A DNA stretch of 34,512 nucleotides from Octopus bimaculoides (taxonomy: Eukaryota). This document shows, piece after piece, positions 20,991 through 34,512 of the stretch. Made by a program: the position numbers and the translations under genes. The notes under the pieces are model-generated. The model ran no database searches and had not been told where the DNA came from. It was given only the letters and a program-made list of their open reading frames with translations. Position 1 is the first letter of the stretch. Each line of letters begins with the position of its first letter. The stretch lies in NCBI RefSeq assembly GCF_001194135.2, contig NC_068984.1, forward strand, positions 66,599,324 through 66,633,835. The letters are read 5' to 3'.

Positions 20991-21569
20991 TAGAAATAAA
21001 TCTTTCTAATTGTGTAAAAATTACTATATATTTATATTCGGAATTTCAAAGGACTACCATAGTGGTTTTTACACTTTAAGCTTTCTGTGCATGCCATTCA
21101 AAGCTTTTCTAACATAAATTTGTAACTCTCTAAGAACTGAGATTATTTAACAAGAGTTTGGAGACTGATTATTATCATAACCTTAAAAGTCAACTCAGAT
21201 CATACCATTTTTATGTGCCTTAATACTTGTCTTTGTTCTCAAGAAGTCAGTTTGTCTATTGTAATATTCTGCTTGTTAAAATACTAACATTTTTAAAGCT
21301 TTTACATTCATTCTTCCATGTTGATCTAATTTTGATAACTCTTTATAAGCTCATATTTTCTTAAATTGTTAGAACTTGTTATTTGATAATTTAATGTTGC
21401 TGTATTATTCTAACCATTTAAGAAAGAAAAAAAGAAAGTATGATATTTTAGTGAGGAAATTATAATCTCATCATAAGTTTTTTTATAGAAAGAAAGTATC
21501 TAAGTGACATGTGTTCATATTATCATCTTGTAGTTCTGATTATTTGAGACTTTGAAGTTGTTTATTTAA

Positions 21570-21985
21570 TCCCAGTTCAGCCTTGATTCAACCAACCTTT
21601 GATCAGAAGTATATTGACCATGATTGTCCCACATATTTTTTCCAAGCATCATTTATTTATTGCTGTATTGCAGTCTTATATATAACATATGCTCTAATGG
21701 TAGGGTAAAACCAAAAGGAAACTTGACTGCTATTTCTATCAGGTCAAGAAATCATTAGAAGCTTATTTATTGGTTTGTAAGTTTGGTGATTTAGTTTACC
21801 TTGTCAGCCATGATCAAGCATTCCTTTGATCAAAAACGTTTCAACTGTTATTTCATTTATCCTATCATAACGTATTTTTGACTACATAGTATATTACATT
21901 TTCTTTCTAATTTTAAAAATGGGAGAGTATGACAAGAGATGTTTGACTTCTATTTCTAACATGTTGAGTGACCACATTTATTAGA
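21570..21985. repeat. Two tandem family C copies in the opposite orientation
   Basis: cagccttgat...tttgatca...gctatttctatcaggtc and cagccatgat...tttgatca...ctatttctaacatgttgagtgaccac. Confidence 0.55.
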
Positions 21986-22056
21986 AGAATAATGTAGACA
22001 AACAGTATTGGTGTATATATTTATCTAGCTATCTTACACTTTCTCCCTCCCTCCCT

Positions 22057-22160
22057 NNNNNNNNNNNNNNNNNNNNNNNNTCTCTCCCTATCTATCAATC
22101 ACACACACTCCCTCTCTCTCTCTCTCTCTGACTAGCTATCTATCAATCACTCTCTCTCTC

Positions 22161-22209
<49 letters not shown>

Positions 22210-22210
22210 A
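22057..22210. repeat. Short gap (22057-22080) within a (CT)/(CA) microsatellite cluster
   Basis: Direct reading. Confidence 0.9.
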
Positions 22211-22754
22211 TTTATCAGTTATTCATCTCAATATTGCAGTTATTCATCTTAATATTGCAGTTGGAGAATTGATTCGTGAAATATTTCAGATTGGTGGACA
22301 TTTACTGTCCTTACTACATCATCATTGTTATAATAATAATAATAATAATGATAATAATAATAATTATTATTATTAGTAGTATTATGGTGATGATGATGGA
22401 TTTAAACTGTAAAATTTATATAAGTATTGACATTTATTGTTGGAGTGAAAATTACTTGGTTAGTTTCTGCATTAAAAAGATATGTGGAGGGAAGAAAATC
22501 TGTAAGAACAAGATATAAATATAATCTTACAGAAAATACATTTATTAATTTGTATAACTTAAAGCATCCTCTGTTACATATTCTATAACTTTGCATTTTC
22601 TTTCCCTAGATATGTACACATATTGAAAACTTTACTTTATGCATATATAACATATACATACCTAAACACACATGCATGCAAGCATATGCATAATGTTTTC
22701 TTTTTTTATTTGCTGGGAATACTACAGATATTGCTGAAGGGCTGAGGGCTTCTT

Positions 22755-22797
22755 GCCAAAGCATTTGTCAAACACTTAGTTTGATAACTGCTTTGGC
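22755..22797. other. 19-bp stem, 5-nt loop inverted repeat
   Basis: gccaaagcatttgtcaaac-actta-gtttgataactgctttggc: one mismatch and one G-T pair. Confidence 0.85.
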
Positions 22798-23277
22798 ATG
22801 AAACATTAAATCTTTGAGTGACTCCTGTAGCAACCTTTGCAAATAAAAATTATGCACCCTGCTTTACATATTAAGTTCTCTTCCTCTTGTTTTGAATCTA
22901 GATGTATTTATATATCTTCTAGTATTGTTATTCCTTGTCTTTGTCTGATTTGTGTTACATTTTCCTGCTGCTTTCGTGGCAGAGATAGGTTGTAAGTTAA
23001 GGGAGTTATTATCATTATTATGTTACTTGGGTTGGTGGTAACATTATCGCAATAAAATAGATGCTTAACATTATTTAGTGTAATATCTTTCCATTGCCAG
23101 TTCAGTTTCCACCAAAATCAACATCTCTGCACAGAATAATATTTAATAAGGAATTATAGATTAACAAAGCTTTTAATGTAAATGACACATTATCTAATAT
23201 CAGATACAGGGAAGTTCTGGTTTCAAATCTATCAATGATATACTTCTCTCGTAAATTTACTTACATTGTTCTAACAT

Positions 23278-23310
<33 letters not shown>

Positions 23311-24255
23311 ATATATATGTATATTGGTATTATTGTTTTAATTGAGTTAATGCTGGGGGAGAATGAATATTCTTTCAGTGAAAAGAAAAAGAATTAATAT
23401 AGTAAGACCATTTATCAATAAATTTAGATTAAAAATCAATAAAATTTATTTTCAATCAATTTTATATCTGTTTATTGAAGCGTTTGGAGTTTACTAAAAA
23501 TATAAGATAGCAAAGTTACCATTCTCAACTTCAGTCAAATTGCTTTGAAATATCTAATTTATGAATAATAATTAACAACCCCCACTCCCCCCAAAAAAAA
23601 CAAAAAAAAAACATAAAAGATGGTCTTTTTGTTTATTAGAGTAAATGCTAAGATAAGATGAATGATTGGTGCCTTTTATTTAATATTTCATTCTTTTCCT
23701 TTTGTTTTGTTTTGGTCAATTACTCTCACACAAAATTTATATATAGATATCATATTTTTATATTGATATTGTATAGATCTATTAAGTTATATGTATTTTC
23801 TGTTTTATTAGAGTAATACATAGCTAATACTTCTCCAGCAGAAATCTGTAATAAAGCAAAGTGGTTCAACAGAACAATAAAATAGTTATATCATGCTTAT
23901 GAACCAAGACCTCAATAATAGTATGTTTTGTTATTAAAACAAAAAATAAAAGAAAATCAGACAGATTTTAATCTTAATTTTTTTTTAAAGTCTACACATG
24001 GGTAGCTCATACAAAACAAAGCTTTGATTAAACATCATCCATGTGTGTTAATCCTCTGAGACATTTGAAGTTTGTACATATATATGAGATTTTATACATA
24101 CATATATGAAACTGTATAACTTTTCTAGAAATTTTGTCGGTAATATAAATATTTATTTCCTTATGACTATAGATGTCTATGTGTATGTGTGTGCCTATGT
24201 GTTTTTGGAAATTACATTGTATGCCAAGATTAATTTTCGTCTTTCTTTATTTCAG

Positions 24256-24291
24256 ATTCTTATAAGCCTTGTTGTTTACTGATTTAAAGTG
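24256..24291 (+). other. Candidate 36-nt exon
   Basis: ttaattttcgtctttctttatttcag acceptor and GTG|gtaagc donor; a stop in all three frames. Confidence 0.3.
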
Positions 24292-24538
24292 GTAAGCTAG
24301 AATTAAAATTTACTGCTTGTTCTAAAATCTCAGTGATAATTATAAAATTTCTATTAAAATGATTTATTATATAATCAGAAGTTGCTATTACAAAAAAAGT
24401 ATATTTTCTGTTATTTTTCTTTCATCTATAGATGTAAATAGATAACTGCATACTTATCAGAAAAGACTTATGGTAATGAATCTTTTTTTCAGTGAAGTAA
24501 TATATAAGAGTAGTAAAAACATAGAAATGTGTTTGAGT

Positions 24539-24584
<46 letters not shown>

Positions 24585-25201
24585 ACTGTGTATTACTTAT
24601 TAAAAAAATATAGCTTATCAAAGGCTGGAGACTAGTGTAATTTTTTACAATTACCAAAAATAGAATCTATAGATCTCATGATATAACATGTTCTGCTTCG
24701 TGACATGTACAACAAAATTCAAATTCACTTATATAAAATGTCTTCCTATTCTTTTAACTTTACTAAGATAAAAAACAAACCAAAGTCTTACACACACACA
24801 CACACACACACACAGATAAGTCTTGTGGTCATTTGGTTATTTGTACATAGGAATATAAGCTACAAGAATGAATACCTCATAGTATTAGGTCAAAGTTTTA
24901 ATATGCTTTATTACAAACTGTGAGTCCAACAAAATACATTTTATTGCACACACAATTCTTAATTTAACAAATACACACTAAAACATATTTATACAAACAC
25001 GTACATATTTGTATGCATGTGTGTGCATACATGTAAACAAGTGTACGTGTGTGTTAAATACGCAGTTTGAAATTTAATTCAAATAGATCTACAAGGGATG
25101 TGTAGCTCCTGAGTTCTGATTATAAATCAATTATGTGTTTCATTGTTTCTGAACAAGGTAATTAATTCTACATTGCCTTTTTTTTAACAAACTTTTTTTT
25201 A

Positions 25202-26142
25202 CTGCAAAGGTTATCTGTGATAAATTAATTGCTCTTCATCTTTTAACACTGTAGAAACTAGAATTTGGTCTTTAGCCTTATTAATTACTCTAATTTATGA
25301 AAGGAGTATTCTAACTGAATATACCAAATAGATTTCTGACATTGAAAAATAAAATTTATACTATTATTCCAAAAGAAGAAAAGAAAAATATAATTTAAGT
25401 CTTATTTTACACCTTGTCTATTTGCTTATGTCTATTAAAATTTCTACCTGTGAGTTCTCTCAACTTTAGGCTTTATTAAACATTGCAGCATGAAATTTTT
25501 TACCCCTCATTTGTGAAATGGCCATGGATAATAAACTCTGAAAGACCGATAAAAAAAAAAAGAAATGAAAAAAGGAAGTAGATAGGTGAAGTGGAAATAG
25601 AAGAACTGACTCAAAATAGATGGAAGAAACACTTGCTATCTCAAGATAGACAACTAATGTTTTAAAGATTGGAACAACGATACGTCTGATTTGTTCTCTC
25701 TAATTCTGATTAGATAACACTAAACTGTATGCTGTTTTAGTGTATGACAAATTGTACTCTAGGAAGTATGGTAGGAAAATTAAGTATATTCTCATGTATA
25801 CAAGTGTGAATGAATCTTGTTAAAGAAGAGAAAGTAGCCTTCTTGTAAATATTTACAGATATTTAAAGGACAAAAATATAAATTTCAAAGTGTTTGTTTC
25901 TGTTATTGTCCTTGTTTAACTCCTACATCGGTCTTGTTTGAGCAGATATTATCATCAAATCTGTTCTGTCTTTATTTCTAACTTAGTGTATGTAAAACTA
26001 TATTATGTAGTATGGAGTGACTTCAGAGAGATGTGGCTGCAAAGGTTATCTGTGATAAATTAATTGCTCTTCATCTTTTAACACTGTAGAAACTAGAATT
26101 TGGTCTTTAGCCTTATTAATTACTCTAATTTATGAACGGAGT
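25202..26142. repeat. 106-bp direct repeat pair (25202-25307 and 26037-26142)
   Basis: 105/106 identical by eye; only difference is tatgaaaggagt vs tatgaacggagt. Confidence 0.95.
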
Positions 26143-27267
26143 GAAGTGATTTTCATCAACTTTCTAAGGAGTGTTGCATTGAATGAAGCGTCATGTTTGT
26201 TTACACAGCTAGCAATATGCCTTGAGTGGATTTGAACTTATGATCCATTAGTAACTGTTTGCCCAATGTGTTATTATCTAGTCAAAAATTATAGATATGC
26301 TGATGTAATTTTGCATTCCTCACTTTGAGAATTCAGTAGGGTTAAAGCTATATTACTCAAGATAAATTTTGAAACAAATAAAACTATTCATACTCCATGT
26401 TTTTACTCATCTATTTTATTGAAAAATTTAAATAAAAAAAACTAACCCCACTTCCATAAAATTATCAAATAAACTATTACATTATTTGAAAGTGATTTAA
26501 ATGATACATTACTAATCACCTATATTTGGTAATGTCAAATTTATAGAAGAATTGATTGGTTCTCTAATTTTTGAGAAAGAGAATTATTTGAAGTATTAAT
26601 TTATTTATTATCATCAATTTAGATTTCAAAGTAATTTTCAGTCTCTGTTCCTCACAATAATCTAACAAAATTAATTAGGGAACAAATGGTCTCAATCAAA
26701 ATTGAAATTATTTGGTAACTCAGGAGAAATATTATTAAATGTAAAACAAAGTTTAAACTGTTTGATCCAATTCTATTTGTATCTTCATGATTTCTAAACA
26801 TTACTATTGATAAAAATGCCATAATTATTTACAAAGTAGTCTTTAAATGTATAGATTCTATTCAGTATCTAACCTACTATGAGTACAGACATATATTGAT
26901 ATATTAATACAAAGAAATTTTAGGACAAAGACAGAAAAGGACTCTTTCATACAGATTTTCATATTGAAAATATCTAACAGTATTAATAATTTTTAAATAT
27001 AATTTCCTAAATTAAACCACATACAAAAGTAGGAAAATTTCATAAAATGTTAATAGTTGGTTTCCAAGTCATCTAGAATTATTGCAATATGATGATTTAA
27101 TTTTTTATGTCTATGTAGCAGGACTGAGATAACCCATTTAATATGTTAGATGTCTTTGTCTTTTGCGTGTTTCTTTGAGTATGAGTATCAATAGCTTGAT
27201 ATATATACTTATATATATATGAATCTGCTTGTATGTATGTTGTGTATATACATATACAGAAAGTGAC

Positions 27268-27302
<35 letters not shown>

Positions 27303-27936
27303 AAATGATTAGTGGCAGAAGATTTTTTTGAGTTCAATTGTGTTAGCTGATTTGTCTAGTAACTATTAAATGTATTGAAGGGGGAAAAATCCTTTCAAAT
27401 TTAGAACATATTCCTAACAAATAACATATTGCATCAACTTTCAGATCTATCATCAATTAACAATAACAACTCTAATGATGAAAATAAAATATTACAATGC
27501 AACTGTAATTTCAAAGTGTTTCATAGATTTTCTGTTAACTAACCATTATGCAAAATTGTAGAATATGCTTGTATTTTTCTTTTGTCATTTTCCTATTGCT
27601 AAATAGACATTTATTTATATGTAAGATGATACCCATTACAAATTAGTGTATCTTACAATATTGCCACAGAAATTAAACATCTTTTGTCAAGAAATGCAAT
27701 AAATCATTGTAAGAGTTGTTTTGAATGTTCTAAGTTTAAAGTCACCTAGAAAAACAATGTTCAGAGTTAAAGCGTAATTCTATGCATTCATAAATAAACG
27801 TAGTGGAAAAGAAGTACAGTTGTTAACTCTGATTTAGTTGTTAATGTTTGAACAGGCATCCAGTTATAGATGCGAGAACAACAGTCTTAATGCCATTTCT
27901 TAAAGACTTTTTCCTATGGAAATGCTCCATGTGTGT

Positions 27937-28050
27937 ATCATCATCAGCATTCTCATTATCATCAATTAATTTCTGCTTTCCCATGCTGGCATGGGTCAGA
28001 CAATATGATAGGATCCAGCAAGTTAAAGGGCAGCTTTGGCATGGATGTTT
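27937..28050 (-). mobile_element. Diverged (GAT)n-tailed RTE-like 3' end
   Basis: catcatca...ctttcccatgctggcatgggtcagac...tttggcatgg. Confidence 0.7.
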
Positions 28051-28948
28051 ATATATATATATATAAAATATATCATCATCATCATAAATATGTGAGTGTG
28101 TGTGGGGTCATGGGGGGGTGTGCGCATGTGTGTGTGTATGTGTGTATACATGTATATACTTATGTATATCTGTTGCATATGTGAATATATGTTATGTAAT
28201 TCTCAATGCAATTGCTAATATATAATCTAGTACACCTAGTAAAACACAACAGGTTTAACCTAATGAGGATTTTTTTTTGAGAACAAATCCAGCAGTTCAG
28301 ATGCAAGATTTGTCAAAAGGACAGATGTAACTCAACACAAGGTCATGAACAGCTAACAGTAGTGTAAGGTGGCATGGAAATAATTAAGATTGTGAATATT
28401 TGCATTGTAAGGCCAGTTTATAATGTCCACCAGTTCTAGTTTGAATGATCTGTCTATGAGAAGGATAATGCGATGTAAAATCTGAGGCCTGCTCAGTTTC
28501 TGGCCATCCAAAATCTATATTGGACCATGAAAAGGAAAAATATTTCCTGGAAATGGAATATAGCTCTGTGCATGTTTCATTCACTATAATCAATTTTAAA
28601 TACAGGAACTTTATAGAAACCCAAATGAGCAAAAGACTTCTCAAAATTGGTCATTGTTGTTTGGAATGATTGGAGTATCACCTAGGTCTGTCATAATGAA
28701 AGCTCTTAGGTTCTGTAAAAAGCATATGGAGTTTGTATTTTAGGTGGATGCAATTGTGTTTCTTATGTTGTCTGTGCTGCAATATCCTCAATTACATCTG
28801 CTCATAAAAAATGGGGCAGCATTCTCTAAGAAGTGGTCATATTTGGAGATAAGTTGACTGTCACCACACATACACACAAACACATGTTCACTCACACGTA
28901 TATGCACATAGAAAAATTCATATTTATTTGCATATATATATATATATA

Positions 28949-29227
28949 NNNNNNNNNNNNNNNNNNNNNNNNNNNNNNNNNNNNNNNNNNNNNNNNNNNN
29001 NNNNNNNNNNNNNNNNNNNNNNNNNNNNNNNNNNNNNNNNNNNNNNNNNNNNNNNNNNNNNNNNNNNNNNNNNNNNNNNNNNNNNNNNNNNNNNNNNNNN
29101 NNNNNNNNNNNNNNNNNNNNNNNNNNNNNNNNNNNNNNNNNNNNNNNNNNNNNNNNNNNNNNNNNNNNNNNNNNNNNNNNNNNNNNNNNNNNNNNNNNNN
29201 NNNNNNNNNNNNNNNNNNNNNNNNNNN
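28949..29227. other. Assembly gap between (TA)n and (TG)n
   Basis: N run. Confidence 0.99.
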
Positions 29228-29270
<43 letters not shown>

Positions 29271-31099
29271 AAATATATTTTGGTGAACTCTAAATTAACT
29301 TCCTGGTATGCCCATCTTGAATTAATTCTGGAAATGAATTCTAAATAATTGTTTTTATCTGTTTCTTTATTTTTGAATTATATTTATTTATTTCATATTT
29401 CTCTTTCTTTTATAGATATATCCTCAAATACTTGAAGAACCTAAGTATTCTTATTTTAATGTATAGAAGGGAGAAGAAAAATGAAAATTAAATTTCCTTC
29501 TGTGATATCTTGAATGTAAGTATAAACAAAGCTGGAATTAATAAGTAGTATCCCCTACATATTAAATTTTCATATCTCTCTTTTAGAAATTCATTGCTTT
29601 TTTTCCTTTTCATTTAACAATTTACATTCCAGACAGACATTAATTGTCCGGCAGCAATGCAGTGATGTACTTTAAACAGAAATATTGGTGTTGTGCTAGA
29701 CCAAAGTGTGGGATATTTAATGGTTTTGCTTTAGTAAAACTGAGTGCAGTTAAGTTCTAGTTCGTGACTGGTTTAAATTTCAATTAGAGCTTAAATATTT
29801 TTTCTTTAATTTATTGAAAACTAAATATCAATTTAAAAAAAAAATAAAATCCAATATTTACTGGTATTTCATTACATTTCATGTTGTTGTACATGATCAA
29901 ATATAGCTATGTTTTCTTTCATAGCTAATACACACACACACGTGTATGTGGGCATAGAATAATTAGGATTTTAGTTATTGGAATTCTTTATTTATTAACT
30001 ATAACAAAATTTTTTTATGGGTCAGTTGAGTTTTAATAAGTATAAGAAAAGGAAATACTAAGAAAATATATACTTTTTAATCTCAGATTTTAATTATATT
30101 TCAATTGGAATTAATTTATCAATTTAACAAAAGAATAAACAAAGAATTAAGCTTGTTAGATCAAGAGACGACAATATCTAATTGGGAAAGCAGCAGTGTT
30201 TGGTGTATTTTCTGCAATTGTTGACTTAGCTTTTAATTAATATTGATTGAATGAAATATTTAACTGCAAACATACTTAGAAAGCTGTTTAAATGATGAGT
30301 AAATAAAAAGGTAAAATATTTCCTTCACACAGAATTTAAGATTGTAAGTTTCAAATTGAAGTACAGTAACCATGGAATATGAACTTGTAATATTGTAGTG
30401 GTTCAGCTTTTCCTTACATTTCTTAAGCAAAAGAAGAGACTTTAGCCTAATACATAATTCATTATTATTATTATTATTATTATTATTAAATTGCTAATTA
30501 CTATGTGTATACTAAAAATATATATACATATATGTATGTATATATGTATGTGTGTGTCTGTATATGTATATGAAAGTTAAAAATATCCCAACCACATATC
30601 TTCCATCCAACACTGGGACTAAAATAAAGCTACTAAGTTGGCTAGCCACAGATAGGATTTGAAATCTAATGTCACAGCACATGTGAAAAATTGGAAAATA
30701 GTTTAAAAATCCACACCATTTGTCAACAGAGCAAAAAATATAAGCTATGCATAGCTGAAAGAACTCGGATTCTTTTCATATCTAAGAACTCTACCATACT
30801 GCTGAATTCTAGATCCAATATTTTCAGTGGTTGTAAACATGTGGCTAAGTTCCTGTGGATCAATTGGAAAGTACCACCCTCTCTGAATTGATTAGCTATA
30901 CCACCATATTTTCAGCCTTATATTTTACTGCCAAAGGGGAAATAACTCTATTGAATCCCTTTTACTTCTTTCTGCTTTCTTTTGTTTTTGTTTTCTGCCT
31001 TTTTAAACTTCCACCTCATATCTACTTCTTTCTCACCTTTTCCTGTTCTTTTCCCTCATCCTACCATCCTATTTTAGCTTGTTATGCTATGTGAGAAGT

Positions 31100-31206
31100 G
31101 CCTGAAGATTGCACTATGGCACTAGACATGTTGAAAAATACTGTCTGGCATGTTTTCATTTCAAGAAACTGATAGTTACACATAAAAACTTTTATTGTGT
31201 TTATTA

Positions 31207-31259
<53 letters not shown>

Positions 31260-31310
31260 CAGCCTGTACCAGCATGGAAAATGAATGTTAAATGATGATG
31301 TTTATGATGA
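31100..31310 (+). mobile_element. Decayed tail-type-2 remnant with an expanded internal (TA)n
   Basis: Ends accagcatggaaaatgaatgttaaatgatgatg. Confidence 0.5.
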
Positions 31311-31489
31311 TATAGATATGTAAGGGCACCACTTTCGTGAGTTTTAGTTGCTTTTATCAATCACTGTACTCAGTCTTGTATTTATTTCATAGATATTTAT
31401 TTACCTAATGACTGAATTACATTTTGTTACAAATAGGCACAAGTCAATACATCATTTTACAGTTTTAAACACACATGCATATACACACA

Positions 31490-31680
31490 CACACACACAC
31501 ACACGCACACACACAATAGACCTCCACACATATTCCACTTACAAAGTTCTATTCACGAAGCATTGGGCAAAGCTATAGTGAAAGAAACTTGGCAAAGGTA
31601 CCACGCAGTTGTAGCAAATGTAGATTGAATCTTATGGCTGCAAACAAACTTCATCACTACTTAACAACATCTACACCATA
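31490..31680 (-). mobile_element. Highly decayed SINE group A head
   Basis: (CA)n followed by gctatagtgaaagaaacttggcaaaggtaccacgcag. Confidence 0.55.
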
Positions 31681-33339
31681 TAATATATATACACACACAC
31701 ACAGTTGTGTGTGTTTGTATATATAAAAGTTCTGTAACTATTTGTGCATCAGTGTGTAAAATGAGGAAAACAATAGTTTATATGCAATCATCATAGTTAA
31801 ATAGAATCAATCCTATTTAATACTCAAAATGGATTCCAGTTAAGCAACTTAATTTGCGTACTAATGAAGTGCTTGCACAAGGTGGCATAAATCATATTGG
31901 GCACTCAGCTGTTTTTCTAGTTAATGTATAGCTATAAAACATATGTAACATTTATTTAGTTTGTTTGAGTATGGTTTTCCTTCCCCCATACCACCATATT
32001 ACACAATAAAAGCTTTATTGATTTAATGTGGATGTTTCAAAGTGGGATGTGTTTGGTTTGGTTTTGTTTTTCGTTTTGTTTTGTTTATTTTTGTCAAGTG
32101 TAAATATGGGGGACAAAAATTCAATTCTCAATATGATTAATGATTTAACAAAATGATTAATGATTTAACAATACATACCAAAGTACATTACATGTATGTG
32201 CATTTGCTCACATTGAACGCAAACTAGATTCTAGTCCCTCCCATTCCAGTAATTAGGCAATTAATACTATGAAAGGCACCACCAATAAATCTTGCCTGTT
32301 ACAGGAAATGCAACATATCAAACTCCCATCAGCATGAAAAAGGATGTATAAGTTTCCTTTTTCTTTCCTTTTATTTGCCTCTTACTATTATGATCCATTA
32401 AACCAACATATGGCATACAGACATTCAAATTCTATGAAACTCGTAAATCTATCTTTGCAACATCACATAGTGAAGGATTTTTATTTGGTATAATGGGACA
32501 TATGTAAGCTTCAAGAAGAAAAAAATCTAATGAAAATAAAATCACTGTATCACTAGATGTCAGTTATCTTGTGGAGAGATATTTGCTTCATTCACATCCA
32601 ATTATTTCTGTTTAAATCAAACTAGACTACTTATCACATAGTCATAAATTTCAATCTTAACACAAAAAAGTGAGCCTCTGAGCAAGGTACTTAATAAACT
32701 TGTTCCAAAATTCCTGACTGAGAAACCCTAGCCCAATAAAAAAAAAAAAAATTAAATAAAGCCTCTCATTCTTAATTTACTGCTGAATGAGTAGAAGGAA
32801 GAGCATTCAGCAGCAAAAAACAACTCAACTGTTTTAGCAATAAAAATAAAACTATTGAAGCAATTGTAACAAAAAATTAATGTGAAGCAAGAAAACAATG
32901 CACATTTCTTTTTAAGAAAAAAATGATAACTTGCACTGATAAATCACTCTAATATCTCAGCTATGATTGGGCTTGAAAACTTATTAATATTTAACAAATG
33001 GTTGTATGGTTACGATATACATAAAATGTCTTGTATAGCATAAGCAAAAATAGTTTTAATTTAGAAAGGAATCTAATATCAATTCTTCTAGAAGTTTTTC
33101 ATTTCATAGACAATATTTTTGTATTATTTGTATGTAAAAGAATGTTTAAAACACATTTACATCTATCTCCATACATTAATTTATTTATATATATATATAT
33201 ATTAGCATAGTTGTATTACAGTTTATATCAAAATATATTATTGATGTATTAAAATATACATTTTTATGCATTAATATTGATATGCTGAAAATATGTTGAA
33301 ATATATATATTTATTAATAACTCTATAAATATTAATAAT

Positions 33340-33344
33340 AATAG

Positions 33345-33398
<54 letters not shown>

Positions 33399-33445
33399 TA
33401 TATATATATATAGGTATGTTTGTATGTATAATGTGTGTGTGTGTG

Positions 33446-33502
<57 letters not shown>

Positions 33503-33660
33503 GTATATTATATAATTATATATATAATTATATGACATATTTGTGTGTATATATATATGTATATACACATATGTGTATATATACATGTTGAGATATAGAT
33601 AGATTAGAGGTAGAGAGAGAGTGAAAGTAACAGATAGACAGACAAACAGTTATATATAAC
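33340..33660. repeat. Compound (TA)/(CA)/(TG)/(GA) microsatellite block
   Basis: Direct reading. Confidence 0.95.
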
Positions 33661-34325
33661 TGATATGAAAATATATGTACCACTATTAAATATATACTTA
33701 TATCAGTTTCAATGATTTATTCATATATCCTCTGAGCTTAATTTTTGTTAAAGCTATTGCTAAAATATTTTTGTTATTTTTTTCCCTCTTATTTGAAGTA
33801 TGCTAAGTTTCCTCTGATGTGAGTAATGATATATAAGTTGAAAAATACTTTCGGTTTTATGAGCTGAAATATATGATATATGTGTGTATGTGTGTGCATG
33901 CGTGTGTGTATATATGAGTGTGTGTATCTGTGTATGTCCACATGTGTGTGTGTGAGGGTGTGTGTGTATGTGTGAGTGCATTTGTGTATGTGTTAGTGTG
34001 TGTGTGCGTTTCTGCTGTTATGTTTGTTGTTATGTTTATAACATATTAATTTTATATGCTTGTTTCTTTCATTTGTGTGTGTTGCTGCCACTGATGTTGT
34101 TCTCACATATATTACAGTTCTTATTGTTATTATTGTCATTCATTTATTATTATTGAACTTATTGTGTTTAAGAGATTGTCAATGTTTCTTGTTTTTCTAA
34201 TTATTAAAATTCATTTCAAATGAAGGCTACTGTCTGCAGGTAAATCTATTCAAACTTACATACATATGCATTCAGCTAATTACATGTGTGTGTGTATATA
34301 TATAAATATATATACACACACACCC

Positions 34326-34473
34326 GGGCATCCAGCTGTAGAAACTCTGCCAAATTAGATTGGAGCCTGGTGTTGCCATCCGGTTTCACCAGTCCTCAGT
34401 CAAATCGTCCAAGCCATGCTAGCATGGAAAGCGGACGTTAAACAATGATGATGATGATGATGATGATGATGAT
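34326..34473 (+). mobile_element. 5'-truncated (GAT)n-tailed RTE-like 3' end
   Basis: gggcatccagctgtagaaactctgcc...gcggacgttaaacaat(gat)n; near-identical to 18-126. Confidence 0.85.
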
Positions 34474-34476
34474 ACA

Positions 34477-34512
<36 letters not shown>

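Noticed and set aside
22728-22802. Possible terminal exon DIAEGLRASCQSICQTLSLITALA*
   Set aside because: Modest acceptor, no homology, and it overlaps the hairpin.
27848-28184. Two ORFs of 72 and 83 aa
   Set aside because: Mostly a retroelement tail and microsatellites.
28384-28644. 86-aa minus-strand ORF with NIDFGWP, like the BAHD DFGWG motif
   Set aside because: A four-residue match, no HxxxD motif and no convincing donor; BAHD enzymes are not expected in molluscs.
16131-29348. Long X-containing ORFs
   Set aside because: Artefacts of translating N gaps.
32779-32812. 10-bp inverted repeat ctgctgaatg/cattcagcag
   Set aside because: Too short; expected by chance in 34 kb.

Overview
Eukaryotic, strongly AT-rich, microsatellite-laden DNA with four N gaps, most likely intronic or intergenic. 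The repeat families resemble ones I recall from Octopus genomes, so a coleoid cephalopod origin is inferred, not database-verified. I find no intact recognisable protein-coding gene, rRNA, true tRNA or CRISPR array; most supplied ORFs are microsatellite, gap or decayed-retroelement artefacts. The window is a retroelement fossil record. It holds four decayed R4/Dong-like (RLE-type) non-LTR fragments on the minus strand, three stacked head-to-tail between (AAT)n tracts at about 10.3-14.0 kb. It also holds RTE-like LINE remnants with (GAT)n tails, two tRNA-derived SINE groups (one with a common head and two alternative tails), a mariner-derived MITE, a possible Penelope-like remnant and two unclassified dispersed repeats. 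A few unique segments have good splice signals and may be exons of an unidentified transcript; these calls are low confidence. The best leads are the (AAT)n-associated retroelement nest, the modular SINEs and a GC-richer orphan segment at about 18.0-18.4 kb. I see no clear evidence of a wholly new biological system.
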